Shown: piece by piece, positions 45,921 through 54,734 of the stretch
Position numbering within the stretch: position 1 is the stretch's first letter
How the letters are laid out: each line of letters begins with the position of its first letter
DNA from: Candidatus Limnocylindrales bacterium
Lineage (GTDB): Bacteria > Chloroflexota > Limnocylindria > Limnocylindrales > CSP1-4
NCBI GenBank assembly: GCA_036556145.1
Contig: DATBKB010000095.1
Coordinates: 809 to 64,808 of the forward strand
Length of the DNA: 64,000 nucleotides
Direction of reading: 5' to 3'
Notes under the pieces: model-generated
What the model saw: only the letters and a program-made list of their open reading frames with translations
Told to the model about the DNA's origin: nothing
The model's database searches: none
Program-made: the position numbers and the translations under genes

Positions 45921-47333
45921 CTAGTAGGCGAAGCCGAAGATGTTCGGGGCGAGGTGGATGCCCATGACCTCGAACTTCTCGACGAACTTCGGCCGGATCC
46001 CGGTCGGCTTGAGGCGACCCTGGATCTTGCCGTCGACGACGCCCGTCTGCTCGAAGACGAAGACGTCCTGCATGACGATGACGTCGCCTTCCATGCCCTG
46101 GACCTCGGTGATGTTCGTGATCTTCCGGGTCCCGTCCTTGAGGCGGCTCTGGTGGACGATGAGGTCCACCGCCGAGGAGATCTGCTCACGGATGGCGCGG
46201 ACCGGCAGGTCGACGCCGGCCATGAGCACCATCGTCTCGAGGCGCGACAGCATGTCGCGCGGCGAGTTGGCGTGACCGGTCGACATCGACCCGTCGTGGC
46301 CGGTGTTCATCGCCTGGAGCATGTCGAGCGCCTCGCCGGCGCGGCACTCTCCGACGATGATCCGGTCGGGCCGCATTCGGAGGGAGTTGCGGACGAGCTC
46401 CCGGATCGGGATCGCGCCCTTGCCTTCGATGTTCGGCGGCCGCGACTCGAGGGTGACGACGTGCTCCTGTCGAAGCTGGAGCTCGGCCGCGTCCTCGATC
46501 GTGACGATCCGCTCATCGTTCGGAATGAACGAGGAGAGGACGTTGAGGGTCGTGGTCTTGCCCGAGCCGGTACCGCCGGAGACGAAGATGTTCAGCCGGG
46601 CCTCGACGCAGGCGCGGAGGAAGTCGAACATGTCCGGCGTCGCCGTCCCGAAGCGGACGAGGTCGTCGACCGTGAACGGGCTGGCCGAGAACTTCCGGAT
46701 CGTGATGACGGGGCCGACGAGCGACAGGGGCGGGATGATCGCGTTGACGCGCGAGCCGTCGGTCAGGCGGGCGTCGACCATCGGGCTCGACTCGTCGACG
46801 CGGCGTCCGATCGGGGCGATGATCCGATCGATGATCCGCATGACGTGGTCGTCGTTCTGGAACACGACGTTCGTCAGCTCGAGGCGGCCGCTGCGCTCGA
46901 TGTAGACCTGACGCGGGCCGTTGACCATGACTTCGGAGATCGACTCGTCGCGGAGGAGCGGCTCGAGCGGGCCGAGGCCGATGATCTCGTCGGTGATCTG
47001 CTCGAGCATTCGGACCCGCTCGGCGCGGGTCAGGGCCAGGCCCTCCTCGTCGATGACCTTGCCGAAGATCTCCTCGATCTGGCGGCGAACCTCGACCTGG
47101 TTGGACAGGTCGAGCTTGGGGTCGAGGTCCTGGATGACGCGGTTCTGGATCCGGAACTTGACGTCCCGGAACGACTCGCGGACAGGGCCCTGGGCCATCA
47201 GCCGGGCCGCGGACGTCGCGGGCGGGCCGCCGCTCGGGGGCGTCGGCGCGGCCGGCGAGCCGGCGCCGGACCCAGCGGGCGTGGCCGGGCCACTGCCCGG
47301 TCGGGCGGACTCGATTCGCTTCAGGAGGGACAT
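45921..47333 (-). CDS. cpaF: Tad pilus secretion ATPase CpaF/TadA
   Basis: VirB11/CpaF-type hexameric ATPase; Walker A VSGGTGSGKTT, Asp box, His box (TGHDGSMSTGHANSP). Confidence 0.9.
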   Translation of the reverse strand: MSLLKRIESARPGSGPATPAGSGAGSPAAPTPPSGGPPATSAARLMAQGPVRESFRDVKFRIQNRVIQDLDPKLDLSNQVEVRRQIEEIFGKVIDEEGLALTRAERVRMLEQITDEIIGLGPLEPLLRDESISEVMVNGPRQVYIERSGRLELTNVVFQNDDHVMRIIDRIIAPIGRRVDESSPMVDARLTDGSRVNAIIPPLSLVGPVITIRKFSASPFTVDDLVRFGTATPDMFDFLRACVEARLNIFVSGGTGSGKTTTLNVLSSFIPNDERIVTIEDAAELQLRQEHVVTLESRPPNIEGKGAIPIRELVRNSLRMRPDRIIVGECRAGEALDMLQAMNTGHDGSMSTGHANSPRDMLSRLETMVLMAGVDLPVRAIREQISSAVDLIVHQSRLKDGTRKITNITEVQGMEGDVIVMQDVFVFEQTGVVDGKIQGRLKPTGIRPKFVEKFEVMGIHLAPNIFGFAY

Positions 47334-47380
47334 CGCTCAGACCCCTTTCGCCCCGCAGGGGCGTGCTTCGACCACCGTCA

Positions 47381-48622
47381 TCACCGCCATGCGAAGAGAG
47401 ACTTCCGGGCAGCCGGCTTCTGCGGCTCGGCCGCGGGCACCGGCTCGCGCTCGCCGACCACGGCGGCGGCGAGCCGAAGGATGTCGTGCGAGACCTGCGC
47501 CTCGCGGTTGCTCAGGAAGAAGGGCACGCCGCGGTTGAGCGCGTAGACGACGCTCCGGCCGTCGCTGACGATCGTGTGATCGACCTTGCGGCCGATCGAG
47601 TTCTCGACGTCGGTGACCTTGATCCCGAGCGTTGAGTCGGCCCGATTGAGGACGAGGCGAACCTTGCCCGTCTCGTAGCCGAGCTGCTCCGCGACCTCCA
47701 GGAAGAGGCGCATGTTCTTGATGCTCGTGATCTCGAGGCTGAGCATCGTCAGGATGATGTCGGCGCTGTCGAGGATGCCGAGGGTCGTGTCGTTGAACCA
47801 CGACGTGCAGTCGACGACGACGAGGTCGTGCTTCGCCCGGAGCGCCTCGAGGACCTTCTTGACGCCGGACGGGTTGATGAGCTCGGCCATCTCGGGGGAC
47901 GGTGGGGCGAGCAGGACGCCGATGCCGGCGGAGTGGTTGATGACGAAGGTATCGAGCGAGTCGGCCTCGCCCGCCTCGAGCTCCGGCACGAGGTCGGCGA
48001 TCGACTTGTTGCGGGGGTTGAGGTTGAGGAGCACGCCGACGTCGCCGAACTGGAACGAGCCGTCGACGAGGACGACGTCCTTGCCGAGCTCGGTCGCCGC
48101 GGCCACCGCGAGGTTCACGGCGACCGTCGTGCGGCCGACGCCGCCCTTCGGGCTGAAGACCGCGACGAGGATCCCGGGATCGCGGGACGGGCCGTCGGTC
48201 CCGCTCGCGACCGGCACGGCCGCGGCCATCCGCGACAGCTTCTCCCGCTCGCGGATGTAGACCTGCCGGATCGAGGCGGTCAGCTCGTCGCTGCTGAACG
48301 GCTTGACGAGGAACTCGCGCGCGCCGGCGAGCATCGAGCGCCGAAGGTAGTCGGCCTCGCCCTGGACGGACATCATGACGACCGATGCCGTCGGCGCCCG
48401 CGCGGCGAGCTGTTCGGTCGTGCTGATGCCGTCCATGTCCGGCATGTTGATGTCCATCAGCACGACGTCCGGCTGGAGCTTCACGGCGAGCTCGATCGCC
48501 TCGCCACCCGACGACGCGGACCCGACCACCTCGATGTCGGCCTCGAAGCCGAGGAGCTTGGTCAGGTGATCCCGCGTCTCCGGGATGTCGTCGACGATCA
48601 GGACCTTGATCTGGTCGGCCAT
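47381..48622 (-). CDS. cpaE: CpaE/TadZ-like pilus assembly protein (N-terminal receiver domain + ParA/MinD-like ATPase domain)
   Basis: REC-like N-terminus (KVLIVDDIPETRDHL...VVLMDINMPDMDG) fused to deviant Walker A ATPase (VFSPKGGVGRTTVAVNLA). Confidence 0.85.
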   Translation of the reverse strand: MADQIKVLIVDDIPETRDHLTKLLGFEADIEVVGSASSGGEAIELAVKLQPDVVLMDINMPDMDGISTTEQLAARAPTASVVMMSVQGEADYLRRSMLAGAREFLVKPFSSDELTASIRQVYIREREKLSRMAAAVPVASGTDGPSRDPGILVAVFSPKGGVGRTTVAVNLAVAAATELGKDVVLVDGSFQFGDVGVLLNLNPRNKSIADLVPELEAGEADSLDTFVINHSAGIGVLLAPPSPEMAELINPSGVKKVLEALRAKHDLVVVDCTSWFNDTTLGILDSADIILTMLSLEITSIKNMRLFLEVAEQLGYETGKVRLVLNRADSTLGIKVTDVENSIGRKVDHTIVSDGRSVVYALNRGVPFFLSNREAQVSHDILRLAAAVVGEREPVPAAEPQKPAARKSLFAWR

Positions 48623-48750
48623 CTGGGAGCTGTCAGTTCCCTAGCGAGACTTGCGATGGATGGGAGCGACGGGCGCGGGACGTTGCGTCCGCGCGCCCGT
48701 CGGGGCCTGTCCGGGGAGCCGGCCGCCCCTGGCGACCGCTCGATCGGTGA

Positions 48751-49632
48751 CTACTGCCGCTCCGGCAGGATTGCTTCGACGAGCTGCGGGATGAGGACGT
48801 CGTACTCGTCGACGAGGACCCGCAGGGTCACGCCGGTCGTGCCGGCCGCCTCGCCGGGGATGACGTTGCCCTGCTCGTCGCGGAAGTCGTTCGGCGAGCG
48901 CAGGACGAGCGACACCGTGCCGTCCATCTGGGCGAACTTGATGACCTCGGCCTGCTGCGGCGTCACCGAGAGGATGACGATCTCCTGCTGGCCGGTGAGG
49001 GTCACGCCCTGCTCACCCTGGGTCTGGCCCTCGGTCGTCTCCCGCGGCGGGAGCAGGGTGCCGATGACCTGCATGCCCTGGAGCAGCAACTTGACGCTGG
49101 TGGCGTTGATGCCCGAGACGACGTTGATCGTGTCGTCCGACGGGTTGAGCGTGACGACCGGGAACTTGTCGGTGCCGAAGCCGACGAGCAGGTCGACGTA
49201 GTCACCCTGTCGGATGACGGTGCCGACGCCCGAGACCTGGTCGACCTGGATCGCGATCGCGCGCTGTCCGGGCGGCACCGTGACGTTGATGAGGCCGGTC
49301 GAAGCTCCGGTATCGAAGTCGCGGGCCGTCAGCTGCTTGCCGGCCGCGATGTCCTGACGGGCGATCTTGCCGAGCAGGAGGCTGGCGTCCGGGAAGGCCT
49401 GCGCGTCACGCTGGGTGACCGCGAGGTTCTTGCTGGTGAGCATGTCCGCGGTGATCGGCGTGCCGAGCGCGATGGCTCGGGCGGCGAACACCGTCGGGAG
49501 CTGCGATGGCGTCTGCGTGCCGCCGCCGCCACCGCGGTCGCCCTGGAAGACGACCACGATTCCGACGAAGGCGACGATCGCGAGGAAGACGCCGATGAGC
49601 AGGACGAGCCGATTCGAGCGCTTCAAGTGCAT
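48751..49632 (-). CDS. cpaB: Flp pilus assembly protein CpaB/RcpC (SAF domain)
   Basis: N-terminal TM anchor then SAF/CpaB region (PTVFAARAIALGTPITADML..., ATSVKLLLQGMQVIG). Confidence 0.8.
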   Translation of the reverse strand: MHLKRSNRLVLLIGVFLAIVAFVGIVVVFQGDRGGGGGTQTPSQLPTVFAARAIALGTPITADMLTSKNLAVTQRDAQAFPDASLLLGKIARQDIAAGKQLTARDFDTGASTGLINVTVPPGQRAIAIQVDQVSGVGTVIRQGDYVDLLVGFGTDKFPVVTLNPSDDTINVVSGINATSVKLLLQGMQVIGTLLPPRETTEGQTQGEQGVTLTGQQEIVILSVTPQQAEVIKFAQMDGTVSLVLRSPNDFRDEQGNVIPGEAAGTTGVTLRVLVDEYDVLIPQLVEAILPERQ

Positions 49633-49829
49633 TCTCCCCGTGTGTGACAGGTGGCACCATGATGGGGAGGGCCTCGGGGGCCCGCGACTATACGGATTGG
49701 CTAGGACCCCCGGGAAGATTCGGCAGGAAACGCCGCGTGACGAAAGGTCGCCCGCAAGGTGGCCCTCCGGCCCGACCGGTGCTCAGGCAAGGTTCGACGC
49801 AAGGTCCGGCAGGCCGCGGGCCGGCGCGG

Positions 49830-49988
49830 GTGCTCTCGAGCCGCCCGCGGCGCCCGCTGCGCCTCTGGAGCCGCCCGCGGCGCCTGCTGCGCCCTCTCGA
49901 GCCGAGCGCTGCGCCTGCTGCGCCTCTGGGAGCCGCCCGCGGCGCCCGCTGCGCCCTCTCGAGCCGCCCGCTGCGCCTCCCGCGGGCC
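49830..49988. repeat. Tandem direct repeat array 1: five ~31-bp units, consensus TCTCGAGCCGCCCGCGGCGCCCGCTGCGCC
   Basis: Units at 49830, 49864, 49895, 49925 and 49957, directly abutting with no spacers; non-coding flp1-cpaB intergenic region. Confidence 0.7.
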
Positions 49989-50039
49989 CCCGCCTTCTCG
50001 CAGGTACGCACCCTGCGCGTGGTAGATCGCGGACCGGGC

Positions 50040-50285
50040 CGCTTCGTCAATCGGCTACGCACCAGGTGCGTACCTGAGCCCTCGTTCGCGCCTTTCGCCC
50101 TGCCGCGCGGCGCCAACACGCACCACGTGCGTACCTGAGCCTCGGTCCCGCACGTCGCCTACCCGCGCGGCGCCAACACGCACCGGGTGCGTACATGAGT
50201 GCTCGTCGGCGCCGTCTGCCCTGCCACGCGGCGCGAACCCGAACCACGTGCGTACCCCGGCCTCGGTCTGCGACGCTCCGCGGGC
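50040..50285. repeat. Tandem direct repeat array 2: ~4 units of ~60 bp, each carrying a TACGCAC-N3-GTGCGTA inverted repeat
   Basis: Palindromes at 50056-50072 (TACGCACcagGTGCGTA), 50118-50132 (ACGCACcacGTGCGT) and 50178-50192 (ACGCACcggGTGCGT); degenerate fourth copy ~50245; half-site GTACGCAC at ~50003. Units share the flank GCCGCGCGGCGCCAACACG...GTACCTGAGCCTCGGTC. Confidence 0.6.
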
Positions 50286-50322
50286 AACGAAAAAGCGGCC
50301 CGCCGTTCGTCCGGCGGGCCGC
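50286..50322 (-). terminator. Intrinsic terminator downstream of flp1 (minus strand)
   Basis: Perfect 11-bp GC stem (gcggcccgccg / cggcgggccgc), 6-nt loop; on the minus strand followed by UUUUUCGUU; 20 bp after the flp1 stop. Confidence 0.6.
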
Positions 50323-50343
50323 TTTGATTGGCGGTTCAGGGGG

Positions 50344-50538
50344 TCAGGGCGTGACGCTGTCGATCGAGCTGCCGATGACGCTGAGCTTGTCGCTCACCTG
50401 GCTGCCCAGGAACATGAGCGCGGAGATTGCGACGATCGCGATCAGGGCGAGAATGAGTGCGTATTCGGCCAGGCCCTGGCCATCCTCGTCGCGGCGGATG
50501 AGCGAATAGAGCCGGACGAGTGCGGAGCGGATGCCCAC
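50344..50538 (-). CDS. flp: Flp family type IVb pilin 1
   Basis: Flp motif G-x4-EY (RRDEDGQGLAEYALILALIAIVAI), hydrophobic helix and Ser/Thr-rich tail; AAGGAGGTG RBS 5 nt before GTG at 50538 (ORF track start 50622 is an unsupported extension). Confidence 0.75.
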   Translation of the reverse strand: MGIRSALVRLYSLIRRDEDGQGLAEYALILALIAIVAISALMFLGSQVSDKLSVIGSSIDSVTP

Positions 50539-50769
50539 CAGTTCACCTCCTTTCATCGGAGTCGTTGGCGGACCCGGTTGCCACAGGGCTACTGCCGGTC
50601 CGGCGCCGCTCGTACAGGCCACACTAGGTTTGCCGGTACGGGTGTCAATGACCCGAATGGGGGGAGTGGTGACGAGGCGCCACGAGCGTCCGCCACGCTC
50701 CCCGGAAGAGTCGAACCGCCGGCCCGACAGGCGGGCCGGCGGTCCGGATGGTCGCGAGTCAGGAGGCGA

Positions 50770-50940
50770 CTAGATCGAGTCGCCGACCGTGCTGAGGATC
50801 GTGCTGACCTGCGAGCCGAGGAAGATCAGCGCGACGATCGCGACGATCGCGATGAGGGCGAGGATCAGCGCGTACTCGGCGAGACCCTGGCCTTCCTCGT
50901 CGCGACGGAACGACGCGATAAGTGCATGAAGGAACGACAT
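50770..50940 (-). CDS. flp: Flp family type IVb pilin 2
   Basis: MSFLHALIASFRRDEEGQGLAEYALILALIAIVAIVALIFLGSQVSTILSTVGDSI; AGGAGG RBS 9 nt upstream of ATG 50940. Confidence 0.75.
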   Translation of the reverse strand: MSFLHALIASFRRDEEGQGLAEYALILALIAIVAIVALIFLGSQVSTILSTVGDSI

Positions 50941-51196
50941 GTGCTTCGACACCTCCTTTCCTTCAGAAAGTCCCTCGGTATACGCCGAAGGCGAGGCCAA
51001 CGTACGAACGCCGGCATGGGTGCCGCAATGGGACTTCAGGGATAGGACCTGGTGCGTCGGCGCCCTCGTCACGCACGGGCCCGGGGCAGCCCGTCAACGG
51101 GAGTCGTGGAGGGGAGAGCGGCCGCCCGGTGGGCGGCGGGCAAAACGAAACCGCCGGGCCCGAAGGCCCGGCGGTTAGACCGTTCTGGCGTGACGA

Positions 51197-51367
51197 CTAG
51201 ATCGAGTCGCCGACGGTGCTGAGGATCGTGCTGACCTGGGCGCCCAGGAAGATCAGGGCGACGATCGCAACGATCGCGATGAGGGCGAGGATCAGCGCGT
51301 ACTCGGCGAGACCCTGGCCATCCTCGTCGCGGCGAAGCGCGGCGAAGAGCGAGTGAATGAGCGCCAT
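51197..51367 (-). CDS. flp: Flp family type IVb pilin 3 (near-identical paralogue of pilin 2)
   Basis: MALIHSLFAALRRDEDGQGLAEYALILALIAIVAIVALIFLGAQVSTILSTVGDSI; AGGAGG RBS 9 nt upstream of ATG 51367. Confidence 0.75.
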   Translation of the reverse strand: MALIHSLFAALRRDEDGQGLAEYALILALIAIVAIVALIFLGAQVSTILSTVGDSI

Positions 51368-51519
51368 CTGAGGCTGCCTCCTGGATGAGTTCCACCCTCG
51401 GTCGAGGGCCTCAGCCACTATTGCAGCGCCCATCCGGCCGGGAAACTAGCGGAATCGTACTGCCGAAGGGTCCCAGTAGCGTGGGTTCGGGCACCGCCCG
51501 GTCAACGGCCGGGCGCCCC

Positions 51520-51702
51520 CTAGCGGCCCTCGGACGCCTCCACGGCCCGGGCGATGAAGTCGAGCACGTCGGCGACCGTGCCGCCGGCGAACGTCAGCAG
51601 GCCCAGGGCGAAGAGCGCCGCGCCGCCGAGGATCAGGCCGTACTCGACGATGCCCTGGCCGGCGATGCGCCGAGGCACCGGTCGACCGGGGCGTCGAGTC
51701 AC
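51520..51702 (-). CDS. Divergent Flp-like prepilin 4
   Basis: VTRRPGRPVPRRIAGQGIVEYGLILGGAALFALGLLTFAGGTVADVLDF...; G-x4-EY motif present; GTG start overlaps the stop of the upstream degenerate kinase (GTGA). No obvious RBS. Confidence 0.5.
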   Translation of the reverse strand: MTRRPGRPVPRRIAGQGIVEYGLILGGAALFALGLLTFAGGTVADVLDFIARAVEASEGR

Positions 51703-52847
51703 CGCGACGCCGTCGTCGGCTCGGCGGACGTGGCGTCCGCGATCACGAGCAGCGTGCCGCCGTCGTCGATGAGCTGGACGGTCGCCCCGATTGGCGCCGC
51801 TCGCTGCTGGATCTCCCGCCAGGCGGCGTCGGGGAGCGTCAGCTGCCACGCCTGGCGAGCCGCCTCGGCCGCCTTGAGCTGGTCCGCGCGGCGATCCTCC
51901 ATCATCGCCGCGAGCGCCGGCGGGACGTCCTTGCCGGCCTTCTTGTCGCGCTCGGCCTCGACCGGCACGCTCGGCCGCTCACCGCTTCGCTTCGCGCTGA
52001 CCCGGGCCTCGAGCTGGTCTGACCAGTCGAGGCGGATCGCCAGCGAATCGGGGGCCTGGGAGAGGTAGGCGGCGAGCGCCTCGTCGACGATGCGGAAGAG
52101 CGCGCTCTCGATCTCGACCGGCAGCCGCCGGTCGGCCCCGAGCGAGTCGAACGACACCGCGACGCCCGCCCGGCGGCCGCGGTCGCGGGCGGCGCGGCGG
52201 AGCGTGGGCACGAGCCCGAGGTCGTCGAGGACCATCGGCCGGACGTCGAAGATGAAGGACTTCGTCGCCTCGAGCGTCTGCTGGACCATGCCGATGAGGA
52301 GCCCGACCTCGGTCCGCGCCCGGGCGGTGTCGGTGGCGAGGAGCCGTTCCACGATCTGGGCCTGGAGGACGATGTTCGTCAGGCTCTGCGCGGGACCGTC
52401 GTGCATCGCGCGCGCAATCTCGCGGCGAAGATCCTCCTGGGCGGCGAGGACGGCCCGCGACGCCGCCGGCGGCAGCGACCCGTCGGCGGCGGACAGCGTC
52501 CGGGCCGGTGCATCGGCAGCCGCGAGCTTGCCGAGCGACTCGCGGAAGCGCGCGAGTGTCTTCCGCTTGCCCTCGAGGACGTCGACCTGGGCCTCCATGA
52601 GCGCCGCCCGACGCGTCAGCGTGACGAGCTGGTCGCTGAGCTCGAGGCGCTCCTTGAAGTCGGCGTTGCGGTCGACGAGGATCGTCATCTTGTCCGCAGC
52701 CTGCTTGCGCTTCTGCTCGTGGCGAGCGGACTCGGCCTTCGCCTGGTTGATGAGCAGCTCGATCTCACGGAGCTCCTTGTCGAGCACGGCAAGCTCCGCG
52801 GCGAGGGGCTGATCGGCGGGCGCGGAGGCGGTCACGGAATCGGTCAC
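51699..52847 (-). CDS. DegS-like cytoplasmic histidine kinase paralogue with degenerate ATP-binding domain (putative pseudokinase)
   Basis: Coiled-coil N-terminus and HisKA_3 H-box (LRREIARAMHDGPAQSLTNIVLQAQIVERL). C-terminal region lacks clear N/G1/G2 boxes (no KHA, no DxGxG/GxGL) and carries a low-complexity insertion. Confidence 0.65.
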   Translation of the reverse strand: MTDSVTASAPADQPLAAELAVLDKELREIELLINQAKAESARHEQKRKQAADKMTILVDRNADFKERLELSDQLVTLTRRAALMEAQVDVLEGKRKTLARFRESLGKLAAADAPARTLSAADGSLPPAASRAVLAAQEDLRREIARAMHDGPAQSLTNIVLQAQIVERLLATDTARARTEVGLLIGMVQQTLEATKSFIFDVRPMVLDDLGLVPTLRRAARDRGRRAGVAVSFDSLGADRRLPVEIESALFRIVDEALAAYLSQAPDSLAIRLDWSDQLEARVSAKRSGERPSVPVEAERDKKAGKDVPPALAAMMEDRRADQLKAAEAARQAWQLTLPDAAWREIQQRAAPIGATVQLIDDGGTLLVIADATSAEPTTASR

Positions 52848-52914
52848 GCGAGCGCGGTCCCCTGACTTCTGGTCGGAGTTCGTGGAGCGGTGATGGGTCG
52901 GCCGGTGCCCGGGG

Positions 52915-53661
52915 TCAGTCCTCGGGCATCCGGATCCATCCCTGGCGCATCGCGTACACGACGGCCTGGGTGCGGTCGTTCACCGACAGCTTGCGCAGGA
53001 TCGAGCTCATGTGGTTCTTGACGGTCTGCTCGCTGATCGACAGGGAGTAGGCAACCTGCTTGTTCGTCATGCCCTGGGCGATGTTGTCGAGGATCTCGAC
53101 CTCGCGCGGCGAGAGCGGCGCGAAGATCGGGGCCGCTTCCTGGCCGTAGACGGCCAGCTCGCGGAACTCCTTGAGCACGCGGCTCGCGACCGACGGCTTC
53201 GCGAAGACCTTGTCGTTGATCAGGTACTCGCCCGTGACGACGCGGCGAATGATCGTGACGAGGTCGTCGGGTCCGACGTCCTTGAGGATGAACGCGGCCG
53301 CGCCGGCCTTGATCGCATCGAACAGCGCGTCCTCGTCCTCACTGACGGCGAGCACGATGATCCCCGTCGACGGCAGCTCGCGCTTGATCCGCTGGGTCGT
53401 CTCGATGCCGCCGGGGGCGGGCAGCGAGAGGTCCATGAGGATGATGTCCGGCGACGTCTCGAGCGACCGGTCGACCGCGGAGCGGCTGTCGTCGGCCTCG
53501 CCGACGACGTCGAAGTCCGACTCGCGCTCGATGATGTTCTTGATCCCGACCCGGAACAGGGCGTGGTCGTCGACGATGAGGATCCGGGTCTTCTCGCCCG
53601 GACCACGCCGGTCGGGGCCGCCCCGACGGCGCTCCGGGCCGCTGTAGTCGATTGCCGTCAT
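52915..53661 (-). CDS. NarL/FixJ (DegU-like) response regulator
   Basis: REC domain (ILIVDDHALFRVGI...IILMDLSLPAPGGIETT) and LuxR-type HTH (LSPREVEILDNIAQGMTNKQVAYSLSISEQTVKNHMSSILRKL). Confidence 0.85.
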   Translation of the reverse strand: MTAIDYSGPERRRGGPDRRGPGEKTRILIVDDHALFRVGIKNIIERESDFDVVGEADDSRSAVDRSLETSPDIILMDLSLPAPGGIETTQRIKRELPSTGIIVLAVSEDEDALFDAIKAGAAAFILKDVGPDDLVTIIRRVVTGEYLINDKVFAKPSVASRVLKEFRELAVYGQEAAPIFAPLSPREVEILDNIAQGMTNKQVAYSLSISEQTVKNHMSSILRKLSVNDRTQAVVYAMRQGWIRMPED

Positions 53662-54734
53662 GTCGTCTCCTTTGCTCCCATCGGGATCGCGAGCCGGACG
53701 ACCGTGCCCTCACCGGGTCGCGATCGTACGTCGAGACGGGCCCCGATCAGCTCGGCCCGCTCCTGCATGAACCGGACTCCGAAGTGGCGGCGACCCTGGG
53801 TGGTCGCCGTGGCGAGGTCGAATCCCCGCCCGTCATCGCGAATTTCGAGGACCCAGTCCTCACCTTCGACCCGGGTCGTGACGGACACCTTGGAGGCCGA
53901 GGCGTGCTTGCGGACATTCTGGAGCGCCTCCTGCGCGACGCGCAGGGCGACGGTCTGGGCGGCGTCCGGGAGCCGCCCGTCGGGAGCCGTGAGATCGCTC
54001 TCGACGGTGACATGGATGAGCGATCCGGCCTGACGGATCGTCTCCTCGAGCGCGCCGTTGAGGCCGACGGCGTCGAGGAGCGGTGGCCGGAGCTGGCCGA
54101 TGAAGCCCCGAACCTCGCCGAGCTCGCGGCGCAGGAGGTCGCGCAGCGAGAGCAGCTCGATCCGGGCCTGGCGCGGATCCTTGCCGACGATCCGCTCGAT
54201 GTATTCGACCTGGAAGATCGCGTTCGACAGCACCTGCGCCGGCCCGTCGTGGACCTCCTGGGCGAGCCGCGAGCGCTCGGCCTCCTGGGCCTGGACGATC
54301 CGCAGGTTCACGTCCGCGGTGCCGCCGCCACCCGATGGGTTGATGAGGCTCGTGTCGCCGCGCTCGAGGAAGAGCCACAGCGATTCGAGATTGCGGACGG
54401 CGAGCTCGAGGCGGTTGAGCTCGGCCTGTTGACGGCCCAGCTCGCCACGGCGGCGATGGAGCTCCTGGCGCGGATCGATCTTGCCCGCGGCCGGGGGCCG
54501 AATCGCTTCCCGGGCGGCGTCTCGCGCCTCGACGCGGCGTCGCAACGCGAGCCAGGCCGCCTGCTCCTCGCCGTAGGCGGTGCGGTACTCCTCGCGGAGC
54601 GCGCGCAGCTTGTTCGCGGTGGACGCGAGGGCGGCCTTCGCCTCGGCATGGAGCCCCTCGATGCGCCCGACCGGCGACTCGGCCCCGGCGCGTGCTGCGT
54701 CCATCTGGCGGCGAGTATACGGAACGTCTTTCAT
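53658..54734 (-). CDS. DegS-like cytoplasmic sensor histidine kinase (HisKA_3 + HATPase_c)
   Basis: Coiled-coil N-terminus, H-box (RLAQEVHDGPAQVLSN), N-box (QEALQNVRKHASA), G1 (IRDDGRGFD), G2 region. Start ATG 54734 overlaps the stop of the upstream GT (ATGA); stop overlaps the RR start (ATGA). Confidence 0.85.
   Translation of the reverse strand: MKDVPYTRRQMDAARAGAESPVGRIEGLHAEAKAALASTANKLRALREEYRTAYGEEQAAWLALRRRVEARDAAREAIRPPAAGKIDPRQELHRRRGELGRQQAELNRLELAVRNLESLWLFLERGDTSLINPSGGGGTADVNLRIVQAQEAERSRLAQEVHDGPAQVLSNAIFQVEYIERIVGKDPRQARIELLSLRDLLRRELGEVRGFIGQLRPPLLDAVGLNGALEETIRQAGSLIHVTVESDLTAPDGRLPDAAQTVALRVAQEALQNVRKHASASKVSVTTRVEGEDWVLEIRDDGRGFDLATATTQGRRHFGVRFMQERAELIGARLDVRSRPGEGTVVRLAIPMGAKETT

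Noticed and set aside
49830-50285. Possible CRISPR array in the flp1-cpaB intergenic region
   Set aside because: Repeat units abut directly (array 1) or are ~60-bp units without alternating unique spacers (array 2). There is no leader/cas context; they are classified as tandem repeats with operator-like palindromes instead.
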